The notes beneath the pieces are model-generated. The model was given only the letters and a program-made list of their open reading frames with translations. It was not told the DNA's origin and did not search any database. Source: Eledone cirrhosa (taxonomy: Eukaryota). From it: a stretch of 64,000 nt of DNA. The position numbers were made by a program, and so were the translations under genes. The stretch covers positions 62,001-126,000 of the forward strand of contig CAXHJY010001691.1 in the NCBI GenBank assembly GCA_964016885.1. Reading direction: 5' to 3'. The stretch's first letter is position 1. The number at the start of each line of letters is the position of its first letter. This document shows, in pieces, positions 1 to 12,115 of the stretch.

Positions 1-885
1 CTACCTAGGTGACCGAATTAGCAACGGAGGTGGGTGCTCAGAAAGTACAATAACTAGGGTAAGAACGGGATGGAAGAAGTTTAGGGAACTACTACCACTG
101 CTAGCTGCAAAAGGCTTCTCCCTCAGAATGAAAGGCAGACTGTATGATGCGTGTATCCGAACAGCGATGTTGCATGGTAGTGAGACCTGGGCGCTGAAGG
201 TGGAAGACTTACGTAGATTAGAGAGAAACGAAGCCTGCATGCTCCGATGGATGTGTAACAGTAATATACGTGAACGACAAAGCATAAATGAATTGAGAGA
301 GAGACTGAGCATAAGAGGAATCAAATGTTGCGTGCAGGAGAGGCGGTTACGCTGGTATGGACATGTGATGCGTATGAAGGATGACAGCTGCATAAAAAGG
401 TGCAGAGCACTAGAAGTTGATGGAAACCGCGGAGTGGGGAGACCCAAGATGACTTGGGATGAGGTGATAAAAGCCGACCTTACCCAACTACACCTCTCAA
501 AGTCAATGACACACGACCGTGACCTCTGGCGTCACGCAGTAATACAGGGTACCCGACCTCCCATGGGTACATGCTGAAGCATATAAACAATATGCCCCCC
601 CCCCACCCACCGCAAGGTGGTCGTGGAGGTGCCACGGCAAAAAAGCACCCAGCCCACACTGTAAAGTGGACGTGTAGGCGCCACGAAAAAGCACCCAGCA
701 CTCACTGTAAATGAGGTTGGTGTTAGGAAGGGCATCCAGCTGTAGAAATCAAGCCAGATCAGTTCCTGTATGAGCAAGGCATGGTCAGCCGACCAGACAC
801 TGCCCACAACAGGACAACCCGTCTAACCCATGCTAGCGTGGAAGAACGGACGTAAAACGGTGATGATGATGATGATGATGATGAT
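1..885 (+). mobile_element. RTE-clade LINE, young copy, 3' part (continues left of the window)
   Basis: ORF to 577 with RTE C-terminal motifs ([25 protein letters not shown]), 3'UTR and (GAT)n tail. Near-identical to 19512-21433 and 43344-45556. Confidence 0.93.
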
Positions 886-1521
886 CATAAAGGGACGTAA
901 CTCTATGCTTCAAAGCATGGTGTCCGACTCTCTACCGATACTGCCAATCCACCATATATAATCATCATCATCATCGTCATTTTATGTCCGCTTTTCCCTG
1001 CTTGCAAGGGTCGGACCGGAACTGATTCTGGCTTGATTTCTACAGCTGGATGCCCTTCCTAACACCAACCTCATTTACAGTGAGTGCTGGGTGCTTTTTT
1101 TGCTGTGGCACCTCCACGACCACTTTACAGTGGAATGATAGGGACCCCATTTCTACAGCTGAGTAAACTGGGGCAATGTGAAATAAAGTGTCTTGCTCAA
1201 GGAAACAACACATCTGAGAATTGAACTCTGTAAGGATGAAAGGCAAAGTTAACCACAGCGGGATTTGAACGCAGACTGTAAAGGGCCGTAACTCTATGCT
1301 GCATAGCATGGCGTCTGACCCTCTACCGATACTGCCAGAGTAGGAAAAAGGTGCCAAAATATTATGATTATGTTTATTGATATGTGATGTGTGCTTCATC
1401 ATCGATCAGCTCAGGGCATGATTCAATAGTTCATCAGACTCGTGGTCTCCTTAATGATGGAAGATATTTACATACAGCTTTAAATTTCCATTTCTCATTC
1501 AGTTGAGGCATTATATTAAAT

Positions 1522-1883
1522 ACTAGCAGAATGGCCGGGCATTGCTCGGGATTTGCTCTAGGGTTCTTATATATTTGATATATATTTATCCTTATCGAGC
1601 CTCGTGAAATAAATACGTTTGTTTATATTTTGTTATTGTGTATGCAATATCACGAATATATAATTATATATATATATTAAAATAACAGATTAAAGTTTAA
1701 GCAAAGAATCGCTGCTTTCACCCTTAATGGGATCTTCTGAAACTAAAAAAATCAATCTGTGAACGCAGAAGTAAATATTTTGAAAAACGTTACACACTAT
1801 ATATATCATCATCAACATCGTTTAACGTCCATTTTCCACGCTAGCTGGGTCTGGATATATATATATATATATACACACACACT

Positions 1884-1914
<31 letters not shown>

Positions 1915-2210
1915 CACAGTGTCATAATGTTGTAATGCAGACAGCCAGACATACAGACAGATATTATAACGGCACAATATTATATCTATGTATCTATCTA
2001 AAAAGAAAGACTAAGAATTATAGAGAGAGATCGCGAAATCGCCTAATGCGGTCCCTAGGGCATTGAAAATTTGAAATATTTTTGGCTCAAAACACTCACA
2101 GGACAATAAGTATTACATGTGTAAAGTTTGAAAACAATCGGTTGGGTGGTTCTCGAGTTCTAGGGAGTCAGACAGACACAGACATTCTCTTTTTTGGATA
2201 TATAGATATA
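1522..2210 (-). mobile_element. Non-autonomous Helitron-like element
   Basis: On the minus strand: 5' TCTATATATCC..GTCTGTCTG and a 3' hairpin CCGAGCAATGCCCGG followed by CTAGT. Confidence 0.65.
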
Positions 2211-2302
2211 TAATATAAGTAACATGAATGTGACAACTTTGCAGTTAAAGGACTAACATTTATTATATAATTGAACTCTTTCCCTCTCTCTCATATATAT
2301 AT

Positions 2303-3916
2303 ATCATCATCATCACCGTTTTACGTCCGTTCTTCCATGCTAGCATGGGTTAGACAGGTTGTCCTGTCAGCTGACTTTGTCTTGCTCATACGGGAACTGA
2401 TTCTGGCTTGATTTCTACAGCTGGATGCCCTTTCTAACACCAACCTCATTTACAGTGACTGCTGGGAGCTTTTTTTCCGTGGCGCCTACACATCCACTTT
2501 ACAGTGTGAGCTGGGTGCTTTTATGCTGTTTATGCTTTGCCATTCACGTATATTACTATTACACATCCATCGGAGCATGCAAGCTTCATTTCTTTCTAAT
2601 CTATGCAAGTCTTCTACAGACAGCGCCCATGTCTAACTACCATGTAACATTGCTGTTTGTATACACTCATTATACAGTCTGCCTTTCATTTTGAGGGAAA
2701 AGCCTTTTACAGCTAGCAGTGACAGTAGCTCCCTGAACTTCTTCCATCCTGTTCTTACCCAACTCTGCTGCTAATTCGGTCACCTAGGTAGCAGAAGCTG
2801 TCTACTGTTTCTACAGAGCCCTCCCAGAGTTTGGTGGTGCTTGTTTCCTGTAGTCGTTTGCAGCCTGCTGTCCCAGCGCAGCTGCTACATGTGAAGCCTA
2901 CATTCTTAGTTAAGCTTCCTGAGATCCCACTACATCTCTTGTGTACCCATTGTTTGCATTTGGGGCAGAAGATGGAGTTCCTTCCTACACCTTTCCTAAT
3001 ACTGAGTAAGGCCATTTCCCTGAGGGGATCTACGTTCTGTTTTCCTGTCTACTTACGAGGGCCTTAGTCTTTGTAAGGTTGATTTTGAGACCCTTTCTTT
3101 CTAGTCCCTGCTTCCATGTTTGGAATTTCTTCTCTAGTTCCACTATAGATTCAGCTATAAGTGCGAGATCATCCGCATATAGGAGTTCCTATGGGCATCC
3201 GGTCTTAAACTCCTCCGTTATTGCCTGCAAAACTATGATGAACAGGAGAGGGCTAAGAACAGAGCCCTGGTGGACACCGACCTGTCTGCTAAATTCCTCA
3301 CTATAGTCATTGCTAACCCTAACATTGTTGACTGCTCCTCCATACATGGCTTGTACAGCTTTCACAAGCCATTCATCTACTCTTAGTTTTCTAAGAGCCC
3401 ACCAGATTATAGCACAAGGAACTCTGTCAAAGGCTTTTTCCAGATCGACGAATGCCAGGTAGAGCAGCATATTTTTAGCTAGGTACTTTTCCTGTAACTG
3501 CTTCATAATGAAGAGGGCATCAGTGGTACCTTTTCCTGGTGCAAACCCAAATTGCATCTCATCTAGTTTCACCCGGTCCCTAATCAACTGTGCTATAACT
3601 CTTTCTGTTACTTTCATGACCTGGTCCATCAGCTTTATACATCTATAATTTCCTCTATCTAGTGCATCACCTTTACCCTTGTAGCAGTTGACAATGATGC
3701 TGCTGCACCAATCCTTTGGTGTGACACTCTCTAGTATTACCTGGTTATCAATACGTGTGGTTATGGTGTGACCTACCGACCCAGATGCCTTCAGCATCTT
3801 GGCAGCTATACCCGATGGACCGGCTGCCTTCCCCGTCTTCATATCTTTGATTGCCTTACTTACTATGCTGCTGTTGACTTGTACTGCTGGCCCCTCTATA
3901 GGGTCCACTTGGGGTG
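2303..3916 (-). mobile_element. RTE LINE, 5'-truncated and disrupted copy
   Basis: RT motifs (QFGF, FVDLEKAFD, GVHQGSVLSP, YADD) with frameshifts, an internal deletion near 2535, a (GAT)n tail and (TA)n flanks. Confidence 0.9.
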
Positions 3917-4576
3917 TATATATATATATATATCTATCTATATATATATATATATATAATGTTGTATAAGCACCACAGTAAAAAAGCACCCAGTACTCAT
4001 TGTAAATGAGGTTGGTGTTAGAAACGGCATCCAGCTGTCGAAATCAAGCCAAAATCAGTTCCCATATGAGCAAGAACATGGTCACCCAACCTGCACAACC
4101 TGTCTAACCCATGCTAGCATGGAAGAATGGATGTAAAACGGTGATGATGATATATAATAGTATATATATATATATATATATAGCAGAAGATAAGTTGGTT
4201 TTACACAGTTGTAACTTTGTAACTTCTTAAGGATAAGTCTATCCGAGCCATCTGAAAGCACTTTACATTAGTAGTTTATCCCAGCTAAGATTTGATGATT
4301 AGGAGTGATGGAGAGTGACGGAGTATTCATTTATCAAATAAGAGTAGTTATTATGATGGGATTATTTCATTGGCAGTATTGGTAGAGGGTCGGACACCAT
4401 GCTTTGACGCATAGAGTTACGGCCCTTGCCATTCTGAGTTCAAATCCCGCCGAGGTTAACTTTGCCTTTCATCCTTACGGGGTCGATAAAATAAAGTACC
4501 AGTAATACACTGGGTAATTTGCTGGCCTTGTGCTAAAAGTAGAAATAATTATTTCACCAATAATTGCTGTATTGCA

Positions 4577-4611
<35 letters not shown>

Positions 4612-4621
4612 AACAAGTAAG

Positions 4622-4715
4622 ACCCCGATGGCTGAGCTCAAGCCGTTTCGACGGCTAATTCTGTACTGAATGAAAATTTATTCTGGTATTTAAATAGCCG
4701 AACTTATCAAGGGGT
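4622..4715 (-). ncRNA. Type I hammerhead ribozyme, U3-A8 core variant (PLE left arm)
   Basis: ACCCC UUGAUAA G..CGGCUA..UAGCCG.C GAAA CGGC..GCC AUC GGGGU. Stem I is perfect; the 16.2 position is mismatched in this copy. Confidence 0.7.
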
Positions 4716-5877
4716 AATTCCATATATGGTCAAAGAGATAATCACCAGGATTGGTCACATCACAAGTTAGTAGTAAATCTGTGATGGCAAGTTGGTGGGG
4801 GAAGGGGTAGCTAAACCTGCCGGTAGGAGAAAAAGGGAGAGGGGGTGGAGTAGACCCATTCATGCGTTGGTAGTGCCAGCTACAGCTGGGTGTGAGGTCA
4901 AAGAGGATACTGGGGAGGGGGATGGGGAGGAGGTCGAAACGGTAAGTAGAACAATGAAAGGTAAAACTATAAAAGGTACTGAGAGAAAAAAAAAAAGCAA
5001 AATCTGGTTACTAAGACTTAAGTCTCTAGCTATTGCTAGGCTAAAGAAATACATAAAAAATAAATAAACAAATAAGTGAATAAAAGAATAGATAAATAAA
5101 TTTAAAAAAAAAGAATATATATATATATATATAATGTAGAATAAAAAAAAAAAAAAATAATAATAATAGAAATAAACTAGGTGGGACGGAAATGAAGGGA
5201 CCCTTATACGAGGTATAAGTGCGTGTATCGTACGGTGGCAGGTCAACAAAGGGGGGGGCCAGAATACTGAAGAGACTACCACGAAAATAATAAAGGTTTC
5301 TACCCCAATCACAGGGCCAGCAACCACCCAGTGCAAGAAAGTAAACTAGTACGAGAATATAATTCAGGGTCCCGCAAAAAAATACTAGTGCTAACTCTAA
5401 GGGTACCGCCACGAAACAAAAAGTCTTATACAAGCTACATGAAAGATCGTACGAAGTAAAAGTAAAGAACGGAAAGTTAATACAGGAACACCCCCCCCCC
5501 CCCCACAAAAAAAAGGAAAAAGAAGGAAATACTGGATAAACGAGAAATTAAAGCAAAGATGCCACTAAGAAATATAGAAGGCACGGAAAAAAGGGACAGC
5601 GGTCGGAGAAGGGGGCGAGTATCCGAAGTCTAACACCTCTGCTATAAAAAGCGGAGTCAGCCAAATCTATCATAGAATAGGGGAGGGGGTGGGGGTGCTG
5701 AAGCTACAAGGGACCGATGGGCGACCTCGGGTGGGCGAGAAAAAGACAACGACAAAGAAAAGGAACTGGGGAGGGATGGGGGGGGGGAATATAGAGGAAG
5801 CGATAAAAGAATGTAAAAGATCTTACGTCTCCATTGGCAAGCAGGGGTTACCCGTTACAAAATAGGCAAGTGCGGTG

Positions 5878-7033
5878 TTATAGCCCTAGTCTACCCCCCG
5901 GGTCATTATGGGGTTTTAGGGCGAGGTAAGTCCTACGTAATCGGTGTTTACATGCAGTAACCAGTTCATCTTTCTTGTTTAGGAGTTGGTCCGTCGAAAA
6001 CAACATTTGTAATATTTCCTCCGAGCATAAATTGCACGGACGGCGTCCTCCCGTGTAAGAGTTGGCTCTGGACAGTAATTTCCAAGTGAGATCGTAGTTG
6101 ATGTTGTTGTCCTTGAGGTCCCATATGTGGCCCGAAAGTGTAGTGGTGTGGCGCCGGGCCGGGTTTCGGAAGGTATGTCTGTGTTGGTATAGCCGGGTCT
6201 TGAAGTCGCATGCGGTTAATCCTATATAAGCTTTGTTGGAGGTGTCCGTGCTCACGTTGCACTGGTAGATCACATTACGGTCTCTGCATCTGTTGTCGAG
6301 GGGGCAACTGGATGCATCAGGACAGTTGCACCTCATGGCCGGCTCTCCACTATTTAGGTTGTTTCTTCCATCGGGGTTGAGTTTTTTGTTGTTGGAGGAG
6401 ACAATGTTTTGTGCAAAGTTAGGTGTAGTGCTGTAAGAGAGTTTGATGGTATTTTTGTTAATTATGTTGTGGTAGCGGTGTTGTGGTGGGAAGTGTTTTT
6501 CAATGAGCCTAAAGAAAATTTTCCCGATGGGAGTTGTCACCTCAGCGTTGTGGGGAGGATTGAACCATGTTACATTGCGTGAGCGGCGGTGTTGCCTGCT
6601 GGTTCCGCTAATGGGAGCTGGACAGTAGGATATTTCCTCCCGGAAACCACTCCGCTTGAGGGCCTGGTTGTAGTAAGGCGCATGTTCATCGAATATCTTC
6701 TCATTAGCTGACAAACGGGATATACGGAGGGAGATGTTTTTGACCAGGTTGTTGGTGATGTTCCTAGGATAGTTAGATCGGCGGTGGATGTAGTGCAGGT
6801 TGTCATTGGGTTTCCTGTATGGGTAGTACAGGTCATTATTGAGATCGAGGGTAACGTCCAGGAAATTAACTCGGGTCAGGGACGTTTGTAGGGTTATTTT
6901 AAATCCCCAGTCGCGGAAGAAGCTGATTAATTGTTTACGGACCCGATCTGTACTACTGGGGTTGTACCCTTTAAGGGTAAGGAGCCCATCATCACGGTAC
7001 AATCCACCACCGAAAGCAGGAAACATATCGGTG
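5878..7033 (-). pseudogene. Penelope-like RT C-terminus plus GIY-YIG endonuclease (truncated ORF)
   Basis: YRDDG and FLDV RT motifs, YRKP thumb, WFNPP, Cys-rich linker CNC...CPL...C, VIYQC/AYIGLT/RLYQH GIY-YIG motifs, and CNLC...E...LLN. Confidence 0.92.
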
Positions 7034-7811
7034 ATTAACTTTCCGTTCTTTACTTTTACTTCGTACGATCTTTCATATAGCTTGTATAAGACTTTTTGTT
7101 TCGTGGCGGTACCCTTAGAGTTAGCACTAGTATTTTTTTGCGGGACCCTGAATTATATTCTCGTACTAGTTTACTTTCTTGCACTGGGTGGTTGCTGGCC
7201 CTGTGATTGGGGTAGAAACCTTTATTATTTTCGTGGTAGTCTCTTCAGTATTTTGCCCCCCCCCCCCCTTTGTTGACCCGCCACCGTACGATACACGCAC
7301 TTATACTTCGTATAAGGGTCCCTTCATTTCCGTCCCACCTAGTTTATTTCTATTATTATTATTTATTTATTTTTTTTTTTTTTTTATTCTACATATATAT
7401 ATATATATATTCTTTTTTTAAAAATTTATTTATCTATTCTTTTATTCACTTATTTGTTTATTTATTTATTTATGTATTTCTTTAGCCTAGCAATAGCGAG
7501 AGACTTAAGTCTTAGTAACCAGATTTTGCTTACTTTTTTCTCTCTCAGTACCTTTTATAGTTTTACCTTTCATTGTTCTACTTACCGTTTCGACCTCCTC
7601 CCCATCCCCCTCCCCAGTATCCTCTTTGACCTCACACCCAGCTGTAGCTGGCACTACCAACGCATGAATGGGTCTACTCCACCCCCTCTCCCTTTTTCTC
7701 CTACCGGCAGGTTTAGCTACCCCTTCCCCCACCAACTTGCCATCACAGATTTACTACTAACTAATGATGTGACCAATCCTGGTGATTATCTCTTTGACCA
7801 TATATGGAATT

Positions 7812-7905
7812 ACCCCTTGATAAGTTCAGCTATTTAAATACCAGAATAAATTTTCATTCAGTACAGAATTAGCCGTCGAAACGGCTTGAGCTCAGCCGTC
7901 AGGGT
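7812..7905 (+). ncRNA. Type I hammerhead ribozyme, U3-A8 core variant (PLE right arm)
   Basis: ACCCC UUGAUAA ... GAAACGGC UUGAGCUCA GCCGUC AGGGU. Predicted cleavage after GUC at 7900; the first stem I pair is mismatched. Confidence 0.72.
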
Positions 7906-7941
7906 CTTACTTGTTCCTATTACCCACTCTACTACCCTAAG

Positions 7942-8051
<110 letters not shown>

Positions 8052-8075
8052 ATTCATTTTCTTTTCTTTTGACAG

Positions 8076-8180
8076 AAACTTAACACCGTTGGTATCTGCT
8101 GTTGGAGATCTTCTTATACTTCAATGCCATGCACACAACAAATGTTCCACCAAATCATATATCAGCCCTTATTCTATGAG
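8076..8180 (+). CDS. FOCAD: Focadhesin-like gene, internal coding exon A
   Basis: Polypyrimidine tract + gacag acceptor; gtaagt donor. 105 nt, phase 2-2, reads NLTPLVSAVGDLLILQCHAHNKCSTKSYISPYSMR. Joins exon B to give YSMR-TPPHPLITV, resembling the human FOCAD segment YTIRNHPHPLITV as recalled from memory (needs BLAST). Confidence 0.8.
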
Positions 8181-10535
8181 GTAAGTGACCTTTCCTTTAT
8201 GTTAAACTATAACATTTCAGACACTTAACCTCCTCTTTAGTGATGAAAAAAAGATTAATATATATGAACTCCTGCACTATGTTAGAATCAATTTCATCTC
8301 TGATCATTATGAGATGGTGCTCTCTCACTGATTCTATACAAATACTTTACTAGATTCAAAGTAGAAGCTATCATTTTTAATTACACACACATTTATGGCA
8401 GTGTAAAGTATTCTGATTCAAAACCACATAGTTTTGGGTTTACTTCCTTTGCACCACATCATAGGCATGTGTCTTCTTCTATAGCCCCCAATTTGCAAAT
8501 ATCTTTTGAGATAAATTTGGCTGATAAAAGCTGCACAAGATCATTGTGTATAGTGTGCATGTGTTTGTGTCCTGTAACTTAGCAGCTTGACAAAGAGTGA
8601 TTGATAAACACCATGCTTGAAAATATATGTAGTAGGATCAGTATGATCTAAATTTGTTTAACACTTTAACATTTACATTACTCTATATTTACTATTGTAT
8701 TTTTGTGGTAAAGACTTTATCTTACATAATTATCTCACATAACATCGAATCTATGAGATTTTGATATTATTTTTTTTGAGAACAATATCTTAACATTAGT
8801 ATAAATGTCCAGTTATGGCCAGTTTAAACAGAAAGAGGTGAGAGAATTCTGGCTGGATATGGCCGGTTTAAATGCTAAAGTGCTAAAGCAGTGCCTCTTC
8901 ATGGCCACAGTCTAGTGACTAAAATCACTAAAAGCACAAAAGAATAATCAAGTGTCAGTGATTTAGTGGATAGTATTATCAGCTGCAGATGGCAAATTGG
9001 CAGAGTCATTAGAACATCAGATAGTGCTTTCCAGTATTCATTCTGACTCTCTGCTCTCTGAGTTTTAATCGTTCCTAGGTCAACGTTGTCTTTCATCCAT
9101 TTAAGCTCAGTAAAATTGCACCCTTCTAGTACTGGGGTAGATTCATCGTCATCATCATCACCATTTAATGTCCATTTTCCATGTAAGCTTGTTCCTCTGT
9201 ATGTCTTTCTCACTTCCATTCTCTCACTCTATATCCTTCACTGGAAGGAATCTGCTGTATTTAGACCCGGAGAGGAGATGGGATCCACCAGGTGTAAAAA
9301 TGCCCTAGAAACACTGTATGTCAATATGGCACCCCTATGACTTCCTCTGGAGTTACGGCTCCATCTATATACATATATTATTACCTATAGATTAGAAATA
9401 AAGGTTCCTGATTAAAATCCAGTAATGTACTAAGTACACATTCAGAAATTAAAAATTGTATAATGAGGACTACAAACTAATGAAGATGTAATCTAGATAT
9501 AAATATGAGATACTTTTTTTCAGTCTCTAAATATGAAAATAAAAGCCTTGAAAAAATACTGTATTCATAACGTAAATTATATACATACCTACATAAATAT
9601 ACTTATATATACATATGTGTTGTTATTATATATATATACTTATATATATAAATATACTTATATATACATATGTGTTGTTTCCTTGAGCAAGACACTTTAT
9701 TTCACATTGCTCCAGTTTACTCAGCTGTAGAAATGAGATGATAGGGACCCCAGTCCCTATCATTCCACTGCAAAGTGGTCGTGGAGGTGCCACGGAAAAA
9801 AAAAAAGCACCCAGCACTCACTGTAAATGAGGTTGGTGTTAGGAAGGGCATCCAGCTGTAGAAATCAGGCCAGAATCAGTTCCCGTCCCACCCTTGCAAG
9901 CAGGGAAAAGCGGACGTAAAATGAAATGATGATGATGATGATGATATACACATATCACACGCCTTACCTAAGTACAAAGTGAAACCTACTACAGTCAGTA
10001 GGCACCTCTAACAAAATACACCCCGTCCCACTATCCCCACCCCATCCACACCACCCCTTTCAATGTAAAGTTATGTTGGTACCACAACATCCAGCCCGAA
10101 ACAAATGAGGTCGTGTAGGTGTCACGACAAAAAACACACAGTCCACGCTGTAATGTGGCCGTGTAGGTAACACGGTAAAAACCTCCCAGTTCTACACTGT
10201 AAATGTGGTTGGTGTTAAGAAGGGCATCCAGCCGTAGAAAACCCGCCAGACAGTCCTATGCAAGCAAGACAACCACTCTTGCCTCAAGTGGGAAAACTCC
10301 CGTCCAAACCCATGCAAGCGTGGAATATGGACGTTAAACGATGATGATGATGATGATGATATATATTTATATATGTGAATTTCGTATATTTAAAGATATA
10401 GCCCAGCTGAGAATAGAAGGCTGATGGCCAGCGCCATCTGGCAATTTCCAGCAGAAGCAGCAGAGGATAATTGTCTATTCATTTCTAACTTAACCCTTTA
10501 GCAAACGTCATGCTTATCTGTTTGCATTATTTTCA

Positions 10536-10930
10536 GGGGGGGTGGATTGGCAGTATCGGTAGAGGGTCGGACGCCATGCTTTCCAGCATAGTTACGTCCC
10601 TTTACGATCTGAGTTCAAATCCCGCCGAGGTTGACTTTGCCTTTCATCCTTACGGGGTCGATAAAATAAAGTACCAGTAATGAACTGGGTATTTGCTGGC
10701 CTTGTGCCTAAAGTAGAAACAATTATTTTCAGTTAATTGTGCTGGTGGATTGGCAGTATAGGTAGAGGGTCAGACGCCATGCTTTGCAGCACAGTTACGT
10801 CCCTTTACGAATTGAGTTCAAATCCCGCCGAGGTTAACTTCGCCTTTCATCCTTACGGGGGTCGATAAAATAAAGTACCAGTAATGTACTGGGTAATTGC
10901 TGGCCTTGTGCCAAAAGTAGAAACAATTAT
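10536..10930 (+). mobile_element. Second tRNA-derived SINE family (~190 bp), tandem pair
   Basis: A box TGGCAGTATCGG, B box GAGTTCAAATCC, central GCCTTTCATCCTTACGGGGTCGATAAAATAAAGTACC, and end AAAGTAGAAACAATTA. Confidence 0.85.
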
Positions 10931-11404
10931 TTTCAGTTAATTGTACTCAAGAGGGTTATTAATTTTATTTGTTTGTAATTTTCTTAATTTTCTATGAGCA
11001 GGCTTGAAATTTTGTCAGTAGATGTTTAAATATCAATAATTTACAATTATATAATTTTACCTGATTTTTTTGGTCAACGAATCCGGACTTGTTCTCTGTT
11101 ATTTCCCTCCAAAGAAGAGATTTCATCTCAAAATATCAGTACAGGTATAACATCTTGTGTCATCTTATTTTCTTGTTCATCCATTTCGCATTGTCATGGC
11201 CTTCAAACTTCATATTTTTATATACCACAGACTATGCTTCAAGAAAACTGCAACTTCCTCATATATGTATATATATCATCATCATCATCGTTTAACGTCT
11301 ATCTTCTACGCTAGCATGGGTATATATATATATATCCCACCTTTGCAGGGAAAAGCGGACGTAAAATGATGATGATGATGATATATATATATATAGATAG
11401 ATAG

Positions 11405-12115
11405 ACATCAGATGCTGAATTTGATGACAACATAGTTCTAGTGACAAACACAATGAAGCGGGCAGAGGAGTTGACGTAGGAGGTGGAGACTGTGTCGTGG
11501 AGTGTGGTGCTGAGAAGGAATGAGATTAAGATGAAGTATCTGGAAGAGAACATTAAGAAGCCAGAGAAGATTATGAATGTAGATGGGAAGCTGCTAGAGT
11601 TTGGTTGAGGACTTCCTGTATCTGGGAGCAAAGATTGGAAACACAGAGGATGATGTGGTTGAGAGGAAGAGCAAAGCCTGGCGACGTGCCACAGTTTGAG
11701 ATTGGTGTGGAAGTTGGACCTTCGTAAAGACCTGAAGATCTGTCTCTTCGTTTCTACAGTGGAGTCTGTGCTACTGTGCGAGTTTGAGACTTGGACACTG
11801 ACCAAGAAACTCACTCAGATGATAGATTGGTGCTACATGAGAATGCTGATAATGACTCTGAACATTGATCAGTATACACTGAGGATGAAGAACTCAGGGC
11901 CGTTTGGGAGCCTCCAAAAAGTCAGCTCGAAAGTAACACAGAGGAGACTGAGCTTAGCTGGACATGCTAGAAGAAGGAGACCAAGGTTGACATATATTGA
12001 TGCCCTAAGGACACACACTGGTCTCTGGGAGATGCAGAACATGGCGGCAATGATGAAGGACAGAGACCACTCGAGAGAACTCATCCATGGATCTCTGAAA
12101 TTTTACCCGCCCTAG
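11405..12115 (+). mobile_element. Degenerate RTE-like LINE fragment (different family)
   Basis: KICLFVSTVESVLL..ETWTLT, RRLSLAGH and RPRLTYID motifs. Confidence 0.7.

Noticed and set aside
4792-5508. Short ORFs mirrored at 7179-7837
   Set aside because: Non-coding PLE 3'UTR read in both inverted arms.
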